Source of the DNA: a candidate division WWE3 bacterium
GTDB taxonomy: Bacteria > Patescibacteriota > WWE3 > 2-01-FULL-39-13
DNA length: 64,000 nucleotides
Assembly (NCBI GenBank): GCA_943354835.1
Contig: CALRDH010000001.1
Coordinates: 191,298-255,297 of the forward strand
Direction: 5' to 3'
Both the position numbers and the translations under genes were made by a program. Below the pieces are notes generated by a model, which saw nothing but the letters and a program-made list of their open reading frames with translations, made no database searches and had not been told where the DNA came from. Positions 9,146-18,589 of the stretch are shown here, piece after piece; positions within the stretch are counted from its first letter, which is position 1; every line of letters begins with the position of its first letter.

Positions 9146-9912
9146 TTTAATTTAAAAAATGCAAAGGCATTTTTCGTGGTTCTATCTTCTACCTCTTTTG
9201 TGGAAATCCCTTTGATTTCAGCAATTTCTTGTGCTACAAGTTTAACATATTTCGATGAATTTACTTTTACTCCAGCCTTTTTGGCGCTTATCGGAATTAG
9301 GTATGGAGAATCTGTTTCTAACATTATTTTTTCTAGTGGAATTCTTTTTATGGCGTCTCTTAAATCACCCGCGTTTGGGTATGTAACGATGCCTGTTATA
9401 GATAACATAAGTCCAAGATCTAAGGCTTTTTTTGCGGTTTCGTAATTTTCGCAAAAACAGTGCCAGACGGCGGGAAATGGGGCGCGCCCCATTTCCCGCC
9501 CTAATATATCTAATAAATCTTCTGTCCCTTGTCTTGAATGTATTATTATTGGCAAATTCAATTCTCTTGATATTTCAATTTGAGAAATAAACAAGGATGC
9601 TTGAGCATCCTTGCTTCTCTTTATTTCTGGTAAGTGTGGATTTGTATAATCAAGTCCACATTCTCCAATTGCGACAACTTTTTTGCTTCTTGCTAATTCT
9701 TTTATCAATTTCAATTTTTCCCCGTCTGGGATTTCATTTTCGGGAATTACATCATGAGGATAAAGTCCGCATGTTGCAAAAACGTGATCATTTGAATTTG
9801 CTTTTTCTACTGCGTTTTTAGCTTCAGACAATGTGTGTCCGATGAGTATCTCTATGTCTGCTCTTTCTTCGTTGTTTTCGGATATTGAGTGAGTGTGCGT
9901 ATCAACAATCAT
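9142..9912 (-). CDS. tatD: TatD-family metal-dependent hydrolase/DNase
   Basis: MIVDTHTHS... (HxH), ...IGECGLDY..., ...WHCF... and ...ETDSPYL... are the four TatD metal-binding motifs in order. Confidence 0.85.
   Translation of the reverse strand: MIVDTHTHSISENNEERADIEILIGHTLSEAKNAVEKANSNDHVFATCGLYPHDVIPENEIPDGEKLKLIKELARSKKVVAIGECGLDYTNPHLPEIKRSKDAQASLFISQIEISRELNLPIIIHSRQGTEDLLDILGREMGRAPFPAVWHCFCENYETAKKALDLGLMLSITGIVTYPNAGDLRDAIKRIPLEKIMLETDSPYLIPISAKKAGVKVNSSKYVKLVAQEIAEIKGISTKEVEDRTTKNAFAFFKLK
9469..9500. repeat. 32-bp perfect GC-rich palindrome GGCGGGAAATGGGGCGC|GCCCCATTTCCCGCC embedded in the tatD coding sequence
   Basis: Read directly; it encodes the GREMGRAPFPA loop of TatD. GC-rich in an AT-rich genome. 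Confidence 0.7.
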
Positions 9913-9916
9913 TTTA

Positions 9917-10447
9917 CTAGATGAAAAATGGGAATATTCTGATTATTGCGTATGATCCAATTATCGCGACAAGAATTCCCAAAAAAGCTCCGCCAATGAC
10001 GTCTGCAAGATAGTGCTTTCCAAGAAATATTCTTGTTATGGCGACGAGGCCTGCTATACCAAATACAAACATTGTTTCAACAATATTGTATTTATAATAT
10101 ATGGTCATGAGTGTTGCTAATGTAAAGATATTTGATGTGTGTCCTGACGGGAATGCTCCACTTGATAATTTCATCCCCCATAAATTATTTTTGAACGTGG
10201 TTTTTGGGCGTGGAATTTTGAATAAAAATTTTATTCCTTCAGCTATTATTAATTGCGTTAGATAAATAGGAACGAATGCGAAAAGTGCTTGATAACCGCT
10301 TATTACCGCAATTATTATAAGGATTATGCCAGCTCCGAATGAACTTCCGAGTTCTGTGAATATAAATATAAACTTTTTAATTCGAGAATCTTTTATATCA
10401 TTTTCGAAGTCAAAAGATGTTTTGAGCAAGGAATTTATTAGCTTCAT
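9917..10447 (-). CDS. PAP2-family lipid phosphatase (undecaprenyl/decaprenyl-diphosphate or phospho-sugar-lipid phosphatase-like)
   Basis: KFLFKIPRP...PSGHTS...HYLADVIGG matches the PAP2 signature KxxxxxxRP / PSGH / SRxxxxxHxxxD, with multiple TM helices. Confidence 0.7.
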   Translation of the reverse strand: MKLINSLLKTSFDFENDIKDSRIKKFIFIFTELGSSFGAGIILIIIAVISGYQALFAFVPIYLTQLIIAEGIKFLFKIPRPKTTFKNNLWGMKLSSGAFPSGHTSNIFTLATLMTIYYKYNIVETMFVFGIAGLVAITRIFLGKHYLADVIGGAFLGILVAIIGSYAIIRIFPFFI

Positions 10448-10508
10448 TTTGAGCTATTCTATCATTTAGCCTTTTGACTGCAAGCAATTTCTTTGATATC
10501 GTAGTCGC

Positions 10509-11474
10509 ATGGCTATAACAGAGTTTATGTCTGCACTCAACCAAGTTGCGAGCGAAAGAAATATTACTCCAAAAGATGTTTTGGATACATTGAAAGTTGC
10601 TTTGGTTGCTGCATATGTAAAAGATAATCCAGATATTGAAGAAGGTTCTGATCATAAAGTTGAAGCAGAAATCGATTCAGAAACTGGAGAAGTTAAAATT
10701 TTAAGAAATAAAAAAGACGTAACCCCTGCAGGTTTTGGCCGTATTGCTTCTCAAACAGCAAAGCAAGTAATTTTGCAAAAGATTAGAGAAGCAGAAAAAG
10801 AATCAATCGCTGATGAATATCGTGATTTAATTGGAACTATTGTTCAGGGTTATATTTTTAGGATTGATAAAGACACGGTTATTATGGATGTCGGTAAAAC
10901 TCAAGGAATATTACCTGTTTTTGAGCAAATTCCATCGGAAAGATATATGGTTAATCAAAAATATAAAGTTTTGATTAAAGATGTTTCTGACACCGAGGAT
11001 AGTTCAGGTTCAAATATTATACTTTCAAGAAAAGATGCAGGTTTTATAGAAGAACTTTTTAGACAAGAAGTGCCAGAAATTTCACAAGGTATCGTAAAAA
11101 TTGAAAGCATTGCACGTGAAGCTGGTCAAAGAACTAAAATCGCAGTTTCTTCAAAGGAAGAAAAAATTGATCCATCTGGAGCATGTATTGGCCAGCGTGG
11201 TGTACGCGTTCAGGCCGTTACCGACGAATTAAACGGCGAAAAAATCGATATTATAAACTATAGCCATGATGCTGATAAATTTATTGCAGCTTCTTTGGCC
11301 CCAGCTCATGTTTTAGATGTTGTTTTAAATGAATCCGATAAATCCGCAAAGATAATCGTCGCAGAAGATCAGCTTTCTTTAGCAATTGGAAACAAGGGTC
11401 AAAACGCAAGGCTTGCAGCAAAACTTACAGGATGGAAAATAAATATTGATGGCAACGAACCAGAGAAAGAATAA
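10509..11474 (+). CDS. nusA: Transcription termination/antitermination factor NusA
   Basis: N-terminus MAITEFMSALNQVASERNITPKDVLDTLKVALVAAY, S1-like segment, then KH segments GACIGQRGVRVQAV and NKGQNARLAAKLTGWKINI. Confidence 0.85.
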   Translation: MAITEFMSALNQVASERNITPKDVLDTLKVALVAAYVKDNPDIEEGSDHKVEAEIDSETGEVKILRNKKDVTPAGFGRIASQTAKQVILQKIREAEKESIADEYRDLIGTIVQGYIFRIDKDTVIMDVGKTQGILPVFEQIPSERYMVNQKYKVLIKDVSDTEDSSGSNIILSRKDAGFIEELFRQEVPEISQGIVKIESIAREAGQRTKIAVSSKEEKIDPSGACIGQRGVRVQAVTDELNGEKIDIINYSHDADKFIAASLAPAHVLDVVLNESDKSAKIIVAEDQLSLAIGNKGQNARLAAKLTGWKINIDGNEPEKE

Positions 11475-11488
11475 ATAGTAAAGTTCCA

Positions 11489-12991
11489 ATGAAAATAGAC
11501 CAGAATAAAAAAGCTAAAAATGAAAAAACCACATATGTAAGGCCTCCAATAGTGACTTTAATGGGACATGTTGACCATGGAAAAACCTCTATTTTGGATG
11601 CAATTCGCGAATCACATTTAACAAAAAAAGAATCTGGTGGAATAACTCAACACATTGGAGCATATACAGTTGAAAAGTCGGGTAAAAAGATTACTTTTAT
11701 AGACACACCAGGACACGAAGCTTTTACTAAAATGAGAGCTAGAGGTGGTGCTGCGGCCGATATTGTAATATTGGTCGTTGCCGCAGATGACGGTGTTATG
11801 CCTCAAACCGAAGAAGCTATCATGCATGCAAAGGCGGCCGCAGCGCCAATTATTGTTGCAATAAATAAGGTCGATCTTCCAGGTGTTGATATTATGCGAG
11901 TCAAAAAAGGGTTAGCAGATAACGGCATAATGGTTGAAGGTTTTGGTGGTGATATAGTCGCAGTTTTGGTTTCCGCAACTAAAAAGACTGGTATAAATGA
12001 GCTTTTAGACGTAATTAATTTGGTTGCCGAAATGCATCCGGATGAATTTCAGTCACAAGTATCTGATCCATTAGAGGTTTTAGCAATTGAATCCAGACAC
12101 GATCCACGAAGTGGTATAACGGTTTCTGCAATTGTTAAAAAGGGAATTTTAAAATTACGAGATGAAATTTGTACAAAAGATTCTGTTGCGAAAGTTAAAG
12201 CAATTATTGATTCAAGTGGAAAGCGTGTTTTACTTGCCATGCCTGGCGATGCTATTGAAATACTTGGATTTACGAATGTTCCGCAATCTGGAGACATTAT
12301 TACAACGATCGATAGATTGGAAACATTAAAAGCTGGTAATATTTTGGAATCTCCGTTGCCTGTGGCTGATGCATCAGAAGTTCAATCGAAATCTGCAAAG
12401 TCTTTGAATTTGGTTTTGCGCGCAGACACACTTGGCACTTTGGAAGCGATTATTTCTTCGATTAGCAAAATAAAAGTTGAAGATGCTATAGCAAATATAA
12501 TGTTTTCTGGAACTGGAGAGGTTAAAGAATCTGATATCCTTCTCGCTTCTACAGGTAAAGCTATTATTATTGCGTTTAAAGTTGGAGTTCCTCCATCAAT
12601 TTCAAAGGCGGCTGAAGCTCAAAAAGTTATTATTCGCGAACACGAAATAATTTATAAATTACTCGAAGAAATTGAAGGCGCTTTACAAGGAGTAATAGAA
12701 ATTGAAGAAGCTAAAGTTAAAGGAAAGGGTTTTGTAATAGAAAAGTTTGTATTGCCAAAATCAAATACAGTTGTTGCCGGAATTTTGATAGAGGCTGGAA
12801 AACTAAAATCAAATAGCAGGATCGGAGTTTTTAGAGGTGAAGCAGATACTCCTTTATATGTTGCACGTATTAAAAGTATGCACATTGGTCCAAACGAAGT
12901 TCAGGTTGCAAATAAGGGTGACGAAGTGGGTGTAATATTTAAACCAGAAACTACAGATATAAACCTCGATGACAGAATTGTAGCCTTATAA
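11489..12991 (+). CDS. infB: Translation initiation factor IF-2 (short form lacking N-terminal extension)
   Basis: G-domain motifs [18 protein letters not shown]; 500 aa; directly follows nusA as in the canonical nusA-infB operon. Confidence 0.9.
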   Translation: MKIDQNKKAKNEKTTYVRPPIVTLMGHVDHGKTSILDAIRESHLTKKESGGITQHIGAYTVEKSGKKITFIDTPGHEAFTKMRARGGAAADIVILVVAADDGVMPQTEEAIMHAKAAAAPIIVAINKVDLPGVDIMRVKKGLADNGIMVEGFGGDIVAVLVSATKKTGINELLDVINLVAEMHPDEFQSQVSDPLEVLAIESRHDPRSGITVSAIVKKGILKLRDEICTKDSVAKVKAIIDSSGKRVLLAMPGDAIEILGFTNVPQSGDIITTIDRLETLKAGNILESPLPVADASEVQSKSAKSLNLVLRADTLGTLEAIISSISKIKVEDAIANIMFSGTGEVKESDILLASTGKAIIIAFKVGVPPSISKAAEAQKVIIREHEIIYKLLEEIEGALQGVIEIEEAKVKGKGFVIEKFVLPKSNTVVAGILIEAGKLKSNSRIGVFRGEADTPLYVARIKSMHIGPNEVQVANKGDEVGVIFKPETTDINLDDRIVAL

Positions 12992-13066
12992 TTTTTACAA
13001 ATAAACTTGATCGAAACCTCAATCTATAGTATGATTATCCATTCGGCCTATAGCCGTACTTAACGT

Positions 13067-13702
13067 ATGTCAAAAAAAGATTCTAGAATAACAAACTTAA
13101 TAGAAAAGGCTCACAATATAGCTGTTATGTGCGGTCCTTCTGGCGAAGCAACTGTTCCTGGTGGAATAGCAATCGCGTCCTATATAGAAGATGTCTATGG
13201 TCGAAAAGCCGATATTTATTATGGTGGGGATTTTTCGATCGTTAATACTGATCTTTTTTCTCAAGCTGATATTAAATCGAAATTCACGCAAAAATCATTG
13301 AAGATTTCGATTGATTTTTCAAATACTGATATAAAGACTGTCGATTATTATAAAGATGGCGACTCAAAGTTAGTTTTGGAAGTTAGTCCGATAATTGATA
13401 AGTTTGAGAATGATCGTGTGAGCTTTGAGGTAGTCGGAACTCATCATGATTTAATAGTTACCGTTGGTGTTTCAGATTTAATCGAACTCGGAGATTTGTA
13501 TTCGAAAAATCAAAGTTTGTTCGAAAAAACTGAAATTATAAATATTGATAATTCACCTAAAAATAAAAACTACGGAGCATTGAATTTAGTTGATTTCTCG
13601 GCACAATCTTTATCTTCGCTTATTTTTGCAAAATTTTTAGAATGGGGCTATATGCCTAGTAAAAAAGCGAGTAAAAGTTTGTTAGTTGGTTTAAGTAATT
13701 AG
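13067..13702 (+). CDS. Hypothetical protein, degenerate DHH/NrnA-like phosphoesterase fold (probably inactive)
   Basis: Weak similarity to the NrnA N-terminus ([23 protein letters not shown]) and a THHD motif in place of DHH. It occupies the slot where rbfA/truB usually sit. Confidence 0.3.
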   Translation: MSKKDSRITNLIEKAHNIAVMCGPSGEATVPGGIAIASYIEDVYGRKADIYYGGDFSIVNTDLFSQADIKSKFTQKSLKISIDFSNTDIKTVDYYKDGDSKLVLEVSPIIDKFENDRVSFEVVGTHHDLIVTVGVSDLIELGDLYSKNQSLFEKTEIINIDNSPKNKNYGALNLVDFSAQSLSSLIFAKFLEWGYMPSKKASKSLLVGLSN

Positions 13703-13757
13703 TTATAATTTGGCGGATTGCCTTATTTTGCCGATATTGCTAGAATATAAACACATT

Positions 13758-14027
13758 ATGGCATTAACAAAACAGAAAAAAGAAAAAGTTATAAAAGGGT
13801 TTCAGAGAGTAGAAACCGATACTGGTTCAACAGAAGTTCAAGTAGCACTTCTTTCTGAAAGCATAGTTGCATTAACTGATCATTTAAAGATACATAAAAA
13901 AGACAGCCATTCTAGACGTGGTCTTTTGCAAATGGTTGGAAAAAGAAGAAAACTCCTTCATTACCTCAAGTCTAAAAAAGCAATAATCTATCAAGAATTA
14001 GTTAAAAAGTTAAAATTGAAGGCTTGA
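13758..14027 (+). CDS. rpsO: 30S ribosomal protein S15
   Basis: [70 protein letters not shown] is full-length S15. The track ORF begins 16 codons upstream at a less likely start. Confidence 0.85.
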   Translation: MALTKQKKEKVIKGFQRVETDTGSTEVQVALLSESIVALTDHLKIHKKDSHSRRGLLQMVGKRRKLLHYLKSKKAIIYQELVKKLKLKA

Positions 14028-14148
14028 TCTGATTGGATACCTCCGAACTTGTTGTTCTCGTAGTTGATTACCTGGTGATTGTTTCGGTCTTCAGATATTC
14101 GATTACGAACTACTTCTTCGTCGGTCGTCCCTTTAGTATCAATCAAAA

Positions 14149-16368
14149 ATGATCGTCACTTCCGAAACCGTGTTTAACGGGGAAAAATTAGTGTTTGAAT
14201 GTGGAAAGATCGCTGGTAGCGCGACTATTGCTGTTACTGCGACTCTTGGAGAAACTGTTGTTTTAGTAACTGTTGTTTGTACTCCTGGTCTTTTAGAAGG
14301 CGACTATTTTCCATTAAGAGTTGAATATGAAGAAAGATTTTATGCAGGTGGACAAATCGGTGGATCAAGATTCACAAGAAGAGAAGGTCGTCCAACTGAT
14401 GAAGCTTCTGTAAGTGCAAGATTAATGGATCACGCAATAAGACCTCTTTTTCCAAAAGATTTCATGGATGAAACTCAAATTATTACTACGGTTTTATCTT
14501 ACGATGGTAAAAATAGCCCAGTATTATTAGGCTTTTTAGCTGCTTCTGCAGCGCTTTTTGCAAGTGGAATGCCTTTTAAGGGGCCACTCGTTCCTTTGAG
14601 AATTCAAAAAAGTAATGGCGAGATTAGTTTCGGATTTTCCGAACCAGAAGAAAATTGTGATATGGATTTAATTGTGACTTATTTAGAGAATGGATCAAAG
14701 GTCCAAGCTATTGAAGCACATGCAAATATAATCCCAGAAGCAGAAGTTGTTGCTGCAATCAATGCAGGAGCTGAATTTACTAAACCATTATTCGAATTCC
14801 AAAATGAATTTGTAAAAAAGATGGGGCTTCCGGTCCGTGAATATACAAGAGCTTGGTTAAACAAGGATGCTATTGATGAATTCAAAGATGATGTTTTGCC
14901 TGTTGTCTCAAATATGTATGATAAGGGTTTTATATTTGAAGGAACTGAATGGCATCAAGGAGTTTCTGAAATCGAATCGGTTCTTATATCAAAATTTAAG
15001 GAAAAATATTCTTTTATGCAGGTCAAAGCTTTGATTTCTGAAGTCGAAAAAGAATTTATTCGAGATTTAGTCCTTAATAAAGGAAAAAGAATTGATGGAA
15101 GAGGTATTTCCGAAATCAGACCTTTGTCGGCAGAAGTCGGACTTTTACCAAGAGTTCATGGATCAGCTTTATTCAATCGAGGTAAAACTCAATCTTTATC
15201 AATTTCGACATTGGCTTCAGGATCACAAAAGCAATTAGTCCAAAATATGGATAGCGAAGAAGAGAAAAGATATATGCATCATTATAATTTCCCTCCATAT
15301 TCAACAGGTGAAGCAAAAGGATTAAAAGGTCCAGGAAGAAGAGAAATTGGTCATGGAATGTTAGCTGAAAAAGCTTTGGTTCCAGTTTTACCAAAAGAAG
15401 AAGATTTTGGTTATGCAATAAGAGTTGTTTCAGAAATTACTTCTTCAAATGGTTCAACTTCAATGGCAGCAACTTGCGCATCTTCGCTTTCTTTAATGGA
15501 TGCAGGAGTTCCAATTTCCGAGCACGTTGGAGGAATTGGTGTTGGCCTTTTTGTTGATTCTGAAAAGAGCGGTCTAAAAGTAAGCGATTACAAACTTTTG
15601 ACAGATATTATTGGGTATGAAGATTATGCTGGATATATGGATTTTAAAATGACTGGTACTAAAAACGGCATGACTGCTATTCAAATGGAATTAAAGGTTC
15701 AAGGTGTTCCAATCGAACTTATTTCTGATATTTTTGAGAAATCAAAAGCCGCACGTCTTAAAGTTTTGGATGTTATGAACGGCGTAATCAGTTCTCCAAG
15801 AGATTCTGTTAGCAAATATGCTCCGAAACTTGTGACTATAAAGATAGAAAAAAGCACGATTGGTCAGGTTATTGGTTCTGGTGGAGCTGTAATTAAAGGA
15901 ATAATGGAAGATTATGATTGTGAAGTTGATGTAAGTGAAAAAGAAGATCATGCTTTGGTTTCAATTGCCGGAATCGATATTGAAAAAATAAATGCAGCAA
16001 GAGATTTTATTTTGTCGATTGTTACTCCAGTTGAAGTTGGTGATGTTTTTGAAGGAAAAGTTACAAGGGTGGAAAACTATGGAGCTTTTGTAGAAATCGC
16101 ACCAAAGAAAGAAGGTTTACTTCATGTTTCAGAATATTCTTATGAATATGTTGAAGATATAACTAAACTAGTTTCACTCGGAGATGTTTTAAAAGTAAAA
16201 GTAAACGGAGTAGAAAACGGAAAAATATCTTTGTCTAAAAAGGCTTTGGAAGAAAGACCAGAAGGTTATGTTGAGCCTGAAAGAAAACCAAGGCCAGAAC
16301 GAAGTGGTGGCGGTGGATTTAGAAGTACTGGTCGTAGAGATGACAGAAGAGGCGGAAACCGTTATTGA
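14149..16368 (+). CDS. pnp: Polyribonucleotide nucleotidyltransferase (PNPase)
   Basis: Two RNase PH domains (GQIGGSRFTRREGRPTDEASVSARLMDHAIRPLFP..., GHGMLAEKAL), KH and S1 domains, and a basic RGG-like tail; canonical rpsO-pnp linkage. Confidence 0.9.
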   Translation: MIVTSETVFNGEKLVFECGKIAGSATIAVTATLGETVVLVTVVCTPGLLEGDYFPLRVEYEERFYAGGQIGGSRFTRREGRPTDEASVSARLMDHAIRPLFPKDFMDETQIITTVLSYDGKNSPVLLGFLAASAALFASGMPFKGPLVPLRIQKSNGEISFGFSEPEENCDMDLIVTYLENGSKVQAIEAHANIIPEAEVVAAINAGAEFTKPLFEFQNEFVKKMGLPVREYTRAWLNKDAIDEFKDDVLPVVSNMYDKGFIFEGTEWHQGVSEIESVLISKFKEKYSFMQVKALISEVEKEFIRDLVLNKGKRIDGRGISEIRPLSAEVGLLPRVHGSALFNRGKTQSLSISTLASGSQKQLVQNMDSEEEKRYMHHYNFPPYSTGEAKGLKGPGRREIGHGMLAEKALVPVLPKEEDFGYAIRVVSEITSSNGSTSMAATCASSLSLMDAGVPISEHVGGIGVGLFVDSEKSGLKVSDYKLLTDIIGYEDYAGYMDFKMTGTKNGMTAIQMELKVQGVPIELISDIFEKSKAARLKVLDVMNGVISSPRDSVSKYAPKLVTIKIEKSTIGQVIGSGGAVIKGIMEDYDCEVDVSEKEDHALVSIAGIDIEKINAARDFILSIVTPVEVGDVFEGKVTRVENYGAFVEIAPKKEGLLHVSEYSYEYVEDITKLVSLGDVLKVKVNGVENGKISLSKKALEERPEGYVEPERKPRPERSGGGGFRSTGRRDDRRGGNRY

Positions 16369-16403
16369 TAAGCGGCTAGCATTATTTCTGTTAGAATTGT
16401 TTT

Positions 16404-17498
16404 ATGTCTTCTGCTTATAAGATTTGTGAAAAGTGTGATAGTGCATATACAGGAAGTGTTTGCTTAAAATGCGGGCATTTTGAAGATGCATCACATAATG
16501 ATAATCGGCTTGATGACACTGCGCAGAAGTCAGAAGACTTTGGTTTTCTGACTTCTGCGATTAATGAGAATCGTTCCAAACTTTCAGCAGATTTAAAAAG
16601 TGTTAAAAAGAAATCCCGTGGGTTTTTCTTTCCTTTGTTTCTTGGCATGGTTCTTTTAGGTATTGGAGGATATGCATATTTTCGTTTTATCTATTTTACC
16701 CCTGAATATATTAGTCCTGCTGTGCTTTCCGCACAGATAACAAAAAAGCCTGGTGAGATAGTTAACGAAGTTGTGGAAATCTTCGATTCTAAAGAAAAAT
16801 CTATTCCTTTAGATATTGGGCATGAAGAGGGTAATTTCGATCAGTATGATTTTGCACAGTTTGCTTCTCCCGATACATCTTTGCTTATTACTGCATTTAA
16901 TATCAGAGACGTTCTTTCAAAATATTATGAAGATAAGGGAATTTTAAAAAATTTAAAGTCCGAATTTGATTTATCTGATAATGATATTGATGTGTTTTTC
17001 TCAAAAGGGTTTGCAGTTTATTTCCCTGATAGCGATTTTTCCAAGTGGGGATTTGCAATTTATGTTGAAGACCAGAATTTTGTTGATTCACGTGTTAGTA
17101 AGTTGAAAGATAAAAAAGAGAAGAAGGGATTCGCTTTTAAAGATTATTTTGCTGACGTTGTAGAAATAAAATCGGATGATGAGAAGTCGATGCATTTTCT
17201 TTTAGTATCGAATTCAAAAGAATATCTTGATCAGATGAAAGAATCTTCAGAGGGAAACCTTACGAATTTAGCTGTGGATATAAAATATACTAGAGTTAAA
17301 ACTGATTTGCCAAAACTTGGACAAATTTCCTTTTACAGAAAAACTGATTCCTCTATTTGGAATTTAATGGTCGAGTGGATCGCTTCAAAATATGATTATG
17401 TTGGTTTAGACAAGATCTTATCTGCAATAGATGCTCCTGGCATAGTCTTTTTTTCAAACAGCCAAAAACTAAAAATAACAACAGCCGATGTGATGTGA
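16404..17498 (+). CDS. Hypothetical membrane protein with N-terminal zinc-ribbon
   Basis: CEKCDSAYTGSVCLKCGHF CxxC...CxxC ribbon, one TM helix, then a large extracytoplasmic domain. Confidence 0.4.
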   Translation: MSSAYKICEKCDSAYTGSVCLKCGHFEDASHNDNRLDDTAQKSEDFGFLTSAINENRSKLSADLKSVKKKSRGFFFPLFLGMVLLGIGGYAYFRFIYFTPEYISPAVLSAQITKKPGEIVNEVVEIFDSKEKSIPLDIGHEEGNFDQYDFAQFASPDTSLLITAFNIRDVLSKYYEDKGILKNLKSEFDLSDNDIDVFFSKGFAVYFPDSDFSKWGFAIYVEDQNFVDSRVSKLKDKKEKKGFAFKDYFADVVEIKSDDEKSMHFLLVSNSKEYLDQMKESSEGNLTNLAVDIKYTRVKTDLPKLGQISFYRKTDSSIWNLMVEWIASKYDYVGLDKILSAIDAPGIVFFSNSQKLKITTADVM

Positions 17499-17543
17499 GT
17501 GTAGTAGTTGACGCGTGTACGCCTGGCGTGTTAATGTGTACGC

Positions 17544-17843
17544 ATGAAGAAAACTCAAAGAGAAATAAATATTCGTGAAGCAAGACCTCTCCTTAATAAG
17601 TTATCTGAAGAAGTCGCGTTAACTGATGGTTATTACATAATTACTGTTCGAGATAAACCAAGGTCCATATTAACAAATTACAATGAAGAATTGGTTAGCA
17701 TGCTTGACAAGAAAATGTCTAAAAAATCTGTTACTGCAGGCTCTGTTTTTGCAGATGGAATGGGTAAATGGTTTAAAAACAATCCCCCTATAATTTCTAA
17801 AAAAGATATCACAAGAGAGATTGATAAAATCGCATATGTTTGA
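17544..17843 (+). CDS. Phd/YefM-type antitoxin
   Basis: INIREARPLLNKLSEEVALTDGYYIITVRDKPRSILT fits the Phd/YefM N-terminal fold; overlaps the downstream PIN gene by 23 nt. Confidence 0.6.
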   Translation: MKKTQREINIREARPLLNKLSEEVALTDGYYIITVRDKPRSILTNYNEELVSMLDKKMSKKSVTAGSVFADGMGKWFKNNPPIISKKDITREIDKIAYV

Positions 17844-18264
17844 CGAAGTCTCTTCCTTACTTTTAGATACAAGTTTTATTGTCGGACTTTTTTATGGAGA
17901 TAAATCGACTATTGATAAAGTTTATGATGTTTTGCCTGCGCTCATCACTGTAGACCATCTGTATATTAATAATTACATTATGTCTGAAACACTTACTGTG
18001 CTTTCTCAAAGGATTGGAAAGAAAAAGGCAAGGGAAAGCCTTGAATTTATTTCTGGGCAACGCGTAGATTTAATAGATATCTTAAGAAAAACCGAAGATT
18101 TGGCATTCGATGAATTCTTTAAAATTGAAAGAAAGGATATTAGTTTTGTTGACGTGATGTCTGTTTTGCAAGCTAAAGAAAAATCAATAGGTGGTGTGCT
18201 TACTTTGGACAAGCATTTTGGGTATCTAGGTAAGAAATATGGTGTAAAGATATTTGCGCTGTAA
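17821..18264 (+). CDS. PIN-domain toxin (VapC-like)
   Basis: LLLDTSFIVGLFY... is a PIN acidic N-terminal motif; 147 aa, overlapping the upstream antitoxin. Confidence 0.65.
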   Translation: MIKSHMFDEVSSLLLDTSFIVGLFYGDKSTIDKVYDVLPALITVDHLYINNYIMSETLTVLSQRIGKKKARESLEFISGQRVDLIDILRKTEDLAFDEFFKIERKDISFVDVMSVLQAKEKSIGGVLTLDKHFGYLGKKYGVKIFAL

Positions 18265-18355
18265 TAAGGGTAGCCCTTTTATGCTAAAATATCCTCGCTT
18301 GGTGAAGTTGAGCAAGAGATAACCTTCAAGCCAAATTTCCGAAATTCCCGAATGC

Positions 18356-18432
18356 GGGCGGATAGCTCAACTGGTTAGAGCATCAAGCTTATACCTTGAA
18401 GGTTCATGGTTCGAGTCCATGTCCGCCCACCA
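18356..18432 (+). tRNA. tRNA-Ile with UAU anticodon (TAT), CCA encoded
   Basis: GGGCGGATAGCTCAACTGGTTAGAGCATCAAGCTTATACCTTGAAGGTTCATGGTTCGAGTCCATGTCCGCCCACCA has a perfect 5-bp anticodon stem TCAAG/CTTGA, loop CTTATAC (U33, A37) and discriminator A73. Confidence 0.8.
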
Positions 18433-18589
18433 GAAAACTATAGGTTGTGTCTTCTTGGTTTTGTGATAATATATCAGCGTACATTAAATATGAAAGGCTA
18501 AGACGAAGAGAATTAGTAGCGCTTTTTTGGTGACACTAGAGACTATGCGGATGCTGAAAGCATAGCGTACAAATTTTGCGTGAATTACC

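Noticed and set aside
9461-9510. TatD palindrome as an insertion sequence or MITE insertion
   Set aside because: The encoded loop has the same length as in other TatD proteins and the frame is intact, so a simple insertion is unlikely; kept as an unexplained in-frame palindrome.
12049-12297. Antisense ORFs inside infB, pnp, tatD, the ATPase and the acidic-protein gene (e.g. 11618..11827, 12049..12297, 12652..12885, 14679..14885, 15173..15418, 15742..15951, 9176..9445, 47783..48325, 50298..50945)
   Set aside because: They are fully nested on the opposite strand of well-supported genes, with low-complexity or biased composition; considered spurious.
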